A stretch of DNA of 64,000 bases, taken from positions 6,392-70,391 of the forward strand of contig JABDAH010000005.1 of NCBI GenBank assembly GCA_013289265.1. The letters run 5' to 3'. The stretch comes from Alphaproteobacteria bacterium (GTDB lineage Bacteria > Pseudomonadota > Alphaproteobacteria > UBA9219). The notes beneath the pieces are model-generated. The model saw nothing but the letters and a program-made list of their open reading frames with translations, was not told the origin of the DNA and searched no databases. This document shows, one piece after another, positions 58,919 through 64,000 of the stretch. The position numbers were made by a program, and so were the translations under genes. Positions within the stretch are counted from its first letter, which is position 1; every line of letters begins with the position of its first letter.

Positions 58919-60195
58919 TAGACCACCAGACTATAAGGCTTTTCGATAAGCGGCTTGAACGCCTGCAGGAATTCGGCACCGACGGCACCGTCAACCGAAC
59001 GATGATCAACCGACAAAGTGCAGGTCATGACTGTAGCAATTGCCAACTGGCCATTCTTGACGACTGGGCGTTGTTCACCAGCGCCCACCGCAAGGATACA
59101 GGATTGCGGCGGGTTGATGATCGCGGAGAAATTCTTGATGCCATACATGCCAAGGTTGGAGATGGAGAAACCGCCGCCCTGGAATTCCTCCGGCCGTAAT
59201 TTGCCTTCGCGCGCGCGCAGTCCCAGATCTTTCATCTCGCTCGAAATCTGCGTCAACGTCTTGGTATCGGCCTGCTTGATAATTGGCGTTACCAGACCGT
59301 TAGGCGTTGCGACAGCGACAGAAATGTCGATATTTTTGTAACGCATGATGGCGTCATTGGTCCACGAGGCATTGGACGCAGGTACCTTCTTCATAGCCAA
59401 AGCAACGGCGCGGATAATGCAGTCATTGACGGAGACTTTGCCGCCAGCAGCTTCGTTAATTTGTTTGCGCAACTCCAACAGCCCGTCAATTTCACAATCA
59501 ATAGACAGATAGAAATGCGGCACCAATTGTTTCGATTCCGTCAGGCGCTTGGCGATAATTTTGCGCACACTGCTATTCGGTACAGCCTCATAGGCCATGC
59601 CAAGCTTATCAGCGTAGTCACGGGCATCTATACCCTGCGCAGCCGCAGCTGGCGCAGACATTATATGGGCACCGCCGCTTGCTTTTGCATTCTCAACGTC
59701 CGCTTTCACGATGCGGCCATTCGGGCCGGTACCACGCACATTCTTTAAATCGACGCCGGATTGTTCTGCCACACGCTTGGCAAGTGGGCTGGCCATAACG
59801 CGACTACCATTGGTGCTTGATGAAGGAGCAGACATCGAAGCCGGGGGCTTTGCCACTTCTGTCGAGCCGTTGGCTTTAGGCGCTGCTGCGGCTGGGGCTG
59901 TTGCCTTTTTATCCAGTTTCGCCATAGCAGCATCAGCGGTCATGCCTTCTTCGCCTTCTTCGGCAAGCACAGCGATAGGCGTATTGACTTTGATGCCCTG
60001 AGCGCCGCCCGGGATCAGGATTTTTAAAATCTTACCTTCATCGACAGCTTCGACTTCCATCGTCGCCTTGTCAGTTTCGATTTCAGCGATCACCTGCCCC
60101 GCCTTAACCGTATCACCCTCTTTCTTCAACCAACGCGCGAGATTTCCTTCGGTCATTGTCGGCGACAAAGCAGGCATAAGGATTTGAATGGGCAT
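58918..60195 (-). CDS. pdhC: pyruvate dehydrogenase E2
   Basis: [32 protein letters not shown]. Confidence 0.97.
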   Translation of the reverse strand: MPIQILMPALSPTMTEGNLARWLKKEGDTVKAGQVIAEIETDKATMEVEAVDEGKILKILIPGGAQGIKVNTPIAVLAEEGEEGMTADAAMAKLDKKATAPAAAAPKANGSTEVAKPPASMSAPSSSTNGSRVMASPLAKRVAEQSGVDLKNVRGTGPNGRIVKADVENAKASGGAHIMSAPAAAAQGIDARDYADKLGMAYEAVPNSSVRKIIAKRLTESKQLVPHFYLSIDCEIDGLLELRKQINEAAGGKVSVNDCIIRAVALAMKKVPASNASWTNDAIMRYKNIDISVAVATPNGLVTPIIKQADTKTLTQISSEMKDLGLRAREGKLRPEEFQGGGFSISNLGMYGIKNFSAIINPPQSCILAVGAGEQRPVVKNGQLAIATVMTCTLSVDHRSVDGAVGAEFLQAFKPLIEKPYSLVV

Positions 60196-60213
60196 GGTAT
60201 GATCTCGGTGAAC

Positions 60214-60516
60214 TTAAGGATTGGCGGGATTAAGCTGCGTATAATCGAAGTTGTTGAGTACCGTATCGTTGTCAAGTGAAGCGTCGGGTTCCAGCTTCAC
60301 GCGGAAGCCCTGTACGGCGGTGATTTCCTGAATGCCATCCGTATGCATTTTTTTATTTTTATACATCGGCATGGCTTTGGCGATCAGCTTGGCTTCTTGC
60401 GGCGTCGAAGCAGCGACAAAAACATTGGTATGGGATTCATAGACGCCAAAATTGGTTTCCTGATCGTAGAAACCCAGATGAACGATATAAAGTTTTTTAT
60501 CGTCGGCGTTGGCCAT
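60214..60516 (-). CDS. DUF1543-like protein
   Basis: LYIVHLG...ESH..FVAA...AK..AK...MHTD pattern. Confidence 0.65.
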   Translation of the reverse strand: MANADDKKLYIVHLGFYDQETNFGVYESHTNVFVAASTPQEAKLIAKAMPMYKNKKMHTDGIQEITAVQGFRVKLEPDASLDNDTVLNNFDYTQLNPANP

Positions 60517-60534
60517 TGCTATCCCCGCAACTTG

Positions 60535-61923
60535 TTAAGCTGCCTGACGATAGCAAACTTGTTTGACGGCATCGACAATGTTTTCAACCTGCGGTAGAGC
60601 CATTTTTTCTAGATTAGCGGCATAAGGCAGGGGCACATCGGCGCCGTGAACACGTGCCATCGGCGCATCCAGATAATCGAACGCATGTTCCATCATCTGC
60701 GCAGCGATTTCGGAACCGATGCCCGCGAACGGCCAGCTTTCTTCGACTGCCACCAGACGGTTGGTTTTTTTAACGCTTTCGACAATTGTTGCCGTATCCA
60801 GGGGACGAAGCGAACGCAGATTGATTACTTCGGCCTGAATGCCCTGCTCCGCCAGTTTTTCAGCAGCGACCAGAGCATGGCTGACCATGCGGGAGAAAGC
60901 GACGATAGTAACGTCACTACCTTTGCGCATAACTTTGGCCTTGCCAATCGGCAGCGTGAAATCTTCTTCATCTGGCACGTCAAATGATTGACCGTACATC
61001 ATTTCATGCTCAAGGAAGATAACAGGGTTGCGGTCGCGGATCGACGTTTTCAGCAGGCCTTTGGCATCGGCTGCGTCATAAGGCGCTACGACTTTCAGGC
61101 CCGGCACATGGGCGTACCAGCTGGCGTAGCACTGCGAATGCTGTGCGCCGACGCGGCTCGCCGCGCCGTTCGGGCCACGGAATACAATCGGGCAGCCCAT
61201 CTGTCCGCCGGACATATATAAAGTCTTGGCGGCAGAATTGATGATCTGGTCAATCGCCTGCATCGCGAAGTTCATTGTCATAAATTCAATGATAGGCGAC
61301 AAGCCGCCGAAAGCGGCGCCAACGCCGAGCCCCGCAAACCCCATTTCGGTGATAGGGCTGTCGACTACGCGCTTGTCACCAAATTCTTGCAGCAAACCCT
61401 GGCTGACTTTATAGGCGCCCTGATACTGCGCGACTTCTTCGCCGAGCAAGAAAATATTTGGGTCACGACGCATTTCTTCGGCCATCGCATCACGCAAAGC
61501 GTCGCGGACCGTAAGCTTCACATATTTGCTATATTCTTTTTCTTCAGGAATTTCGGCTGGCTGAGGCGCAGCAGGAACTACCGATAATGCCGGGCGTGCG
61601 TCAGCTTTAGGTTCTTCCTTCGAAGCCACAGCTTTGGTGATTGTGGGTAACGGCGCGTTCTTCAGTGCATCTGCTTTTTCACCCTCTTCCAGTAGCATGG
61701 CGATCGGCTCGTTTACTTTTACATTTTCGGTGCCGGCAGGAATAAGGATTTTGCCAAGCACGCCTTCGTCAACCGCTTCGACCTCCATCGTCGCCTTATC
61801 GGTTTCGATTTCCGCAATGACTTGCCCAGCCTTGACTGCATCGCCTTCTTTCTTGAGCCAGCGAGCAATTTTGCCTTCGGTCATTGTCGGCGACAGCGCC
61901 GGCATCAAAATTTGGATAGCCAT
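60535..61923 (-). CDS. pdhB: pyruvate dehydrogenase E1 beta with N-terminal lipoyl domain
   Basis: Lipoyl [33 protein letters not shown]. Confidence 0.97.
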   Translation of the reverse strand: MAIQILMPALSPTMTEGKIARWLKKEGDAVKAGQVIAEIETDKATMEVEAVDEGVLGKILIPAGTENVKVNEPIAMLLEEGEKADALKNAPLPTITKAVASKEEPKADARPALSVVPAAPQPAEIPEEKEYSKYVKLTVRDALRDAMAEEMRRDPNIFLLGEEVAQYQGAYKVSQGLLQEFGDKRVVDSPITEMGFAGLGVGAAFGGLSPIIEFMTMNFAMQAIDQIINSAAKTLYMSGGQMGCPIVFRGPNGAASRVGAQHSQCYASWYAHVPGLKVVAPYDAADAKGLLKTSIRDRNPVIFLEHEMMYGQSFDVPDEEDFTLPIGKAKVMRKGSDVTIVAFSRMVSHALVAAEKLAEQGIQAEVINLRSLRPLDTATIVESVKKTNRLVAVEESWPFAGIGSEIAAQMMEHAFDYLDAPMARVHGADVPLPYAANLEKMALPQVENIVDAVKQVCYRQAA

Positions 61924-61942
61924 CGATCAACTTCTCCCTCTT

Positions 61943-62009
61943 GCGTCATGCTCGCGAAAGCGGGCATCCATCTTATTAAAATGGATCCCCGCCTACGCGG
62001 GGATGACGC
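61943..62009. repeat. RPE/dRS3-like palindromic element, copy 3 (between pdhA and pdhB)
   Basis: gcgtcatgctcgcgaaagcgggcatcca...tggatccccgcctacgcggggatgacgc. Confidence 0.85.
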
Positions 62010-62018
62010 TCTGCTTGT

Positions 62019-63026
62019 TTACATTTCTATTAAGACGTCCGTCCATAATTCAGACGGATCCGGTTCCGGACTGGTTTGCGCGAACTCGACCGCATCAGCG
62101 ACAACATCTTTTATCTTACGTTCGATTTCTTTCAGGCTTTCTTCGGTGGCCACGCCTTCTTCCAATATGATAGCGCGCAAGGCATCGATCGGGTCATGCT
62201 TGCCGCGCCATTCTTCAACTTCTTCCTTGGTGCGATACTTCGCGGGGTCGGACATCGAATGGCCACGGTAACGATAGGTTTCCATTTCCAGAACCATAGG
62301 TCCCTTGCCGGAACGCGCATAGGCCAGAGCCTCCTCGGCGGCTTCGCGCACCTTGACGACATCCATGCCGTCAACTTTCTTACCGGGAATGCCGTAAGGC
62401 TCGCCGCGTTTATACAATTCACCCGCAGCGTGACGGGCTTGCGCCGTGCCCATGCTGTATTTGTTATTCTCGATAACATAAACAACAGGCAGCTTCCAAA
62501 GCGCGGCCATGTTGAAGCTTTCGTAAACCTGGCCCTGATTGACTGCGCCGTCACCAAAGTAAGTGAGGCATACGCCGCCATCATTTTTATATTTATGCGC
62601 GAAGCCGAGGCCGGTGCCGATGGGAACCTGCGCGCCGACAATACCGTGACCGCCGTAGAAATTTTTCTCACGGCTGAACATATGCATCGAACCACCCTTG
62701 CCGTGCGAGTAGCCGCCGATGCGTCCCGTAAGCTCCGCCATAACGCCGCGCGATTCCATGCCTGCGGCCAGCATATGGCCGTGATCACGGTAGGAGGTGA
62801 TAACGCTATCAACCGCTTTCTGCGCGGCTTGCATACCAACAACAACCGCTTCCTGCCCGATGTACAAATGACAGAAGCCGCCGATCAAACCCATTCCGTA
62901 AAGCTGGCCTGCTTTTTCCTCAAAGCGGCGAATGAGAAGCATGTCATGATAATAGCGCTGCAAATCTGTGCTGCGTGCCGGTGCCTGCTGATTAGCGGCA
63001 ACTGGTTGTAATTGTGGCTTGGCCAT
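62019..63026 (-). CDS. pdhA: pyruvate dehydrogenase E1 alpha
   Basis: GFCHLYIGQEA, GKGGSMH, GDGAVNQGQ, RYRGHSMSDP. Confidence 0.98.
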   Translation of the reverse strand: MAKPQLQPVAANQQAPARSTDLQRYYHDMLLIRRFEEKAGQLYGMGLIGGFCHLYIGQEAVVVGMQAAQKAVDSVITSYRDHGHMLAAGMESRGVMAELTGRIGGYSHGKGGSMHMFSREKNFYGGHGIVGAQVPIGTGLGFAHKYKNDGGVCLTYFGDGAVNQGQVYESFNMAALWKLPVVYVIENNKYSMGTAQARHAAGELYKRGEPYGIPGKKVDGMDVVKVREAAEEALAYARSGKGPMVLEMETYRYRGHSMSDPAKYRTKEEVEEWRGKHDPIDALRAIILEEGVATEESLKEIERKIKDVVADAVEFAQTSPEPDPSELWTDVLIEM

Positions 63027-63233
63027 AAATTTTTGTCCCCCTCGCGGCCAGAATCAATTCTGCCCTTGTGAACTTATCTGCGGGTCTTTTCTCGGTGGCA
63101 TCCAGTAGAACGAAAATAGCTTTGTTTCAAGCTCAACATGCAACCGTTCCGCATGCGGCTATGATACACTGTCATGGCTAAAGCTTCATTGCTTTCATTG
63201 CAAAAAAGATGCTGCGCCGCACCCAAGAATTAC

Positions 63234-63566
63234 CTATTTGTTGCGCTGCAACATATCCGGTTTTTTATCCGGCGGTGTGAGGACGATAATCTCGTTAGGC
63301 TTTGAATAATCAAGCATCTCTCGTGATTTTTCGTCGAGCAGATCCGGGTCCATGCTGCCTGGGCGCATCAATTTAACCCTATGGTCTAGTTCCTTATGCT
63401 CCTGCTGCAAACGCGAAAGAGTCTCCTGCGACTTGTTGACATCGCTCTGGAGCCGCAGCATCGCCAGCCAGCCACGGTCGCCCTGAATGGTATGGTAAAG
63501 AAAATAACTGACGATACAGGCCCCGATTACCGAAGCCACAGTCTGCCATGTGCGTTTGGGGATCAT
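63234..63566 (-). CDS. ftsB: septum formation initiator FtsB/DivIC
   Basis: N-terminal TM, GDRG, coiled coil, DPDLLDE..R; between eno and pdhA. Confidence 0.85.
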   Translation of the reverse strand: MIPKRTWQTVASVIGACIVSYFLYHTIQGDRGWLAMLRLQSDVNKSQETLSRLQQEHKELDHRVKLMRPGSMDPDLLDEKSREMLDYSKPNEIIVLTPPDKKPDMLQRNK

Positions 63567-63572
63567 ATCCCT

Positions 63573-64000
<428 letters not shown>

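Noticed and set aside
60000-61923. Similar 5' ends of pdhB and pdhC
   Set aside because: Both encode lipoyl domains, a known alphaproteobacterial feature
62076-63011. 311-aa ORF antisense to pdhA
   Set aside because: Typical codon-bias shadow of a highly expressed gene; no motifs or RBS

Overview
Core chromosomal region of an alphaproteobacterium (Rhodospirillales-like gene order and protein sequences). No rRNA, tRNA, CRISPR array, transposase or prophage structural gene was recognised. Housekeeping blocks present: sucD(end)-sucA-sucB-lpdA-xerC-fsa/priA; a metal ABC pair; a lipid A modification trio; argC; ispDF-cinA divergent from dusB-(Fis-like)-ntrY-ntrX-HAD-hfq-hflX; yajC-secD; glyQS-hicAB-ppdK; popZ; cheY-cheX-kinase; secY-adk; ldtD-mepK; eno(end)-ftsB-pdhABC-lpdA-lipA. 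These are interrupted by small accessory genes. Main observations: (1) the usual dusB-ntrB-ntrC locus is reduced to dusB plus a stand-alone 95-aa Fis-like protein, with a perfect Fis/NtrC-type palindrome in the dusB promoter, mirroring the proposed origin of dusB-fis; (2) an alpha2-type GlyRS sits where glyQ-glyS is expected and carries an internal segment with foreign codon usage; (3) a CheY-CheX-membrane CheA-like kinase operon has no CheW or MCP; (4) popZ is frameshifted at a C10 tract; (5) two different palindromic DNA elements are inserted in frame in priA and ygfZ. All product calls come from motif recognition by eye; no database search was run.
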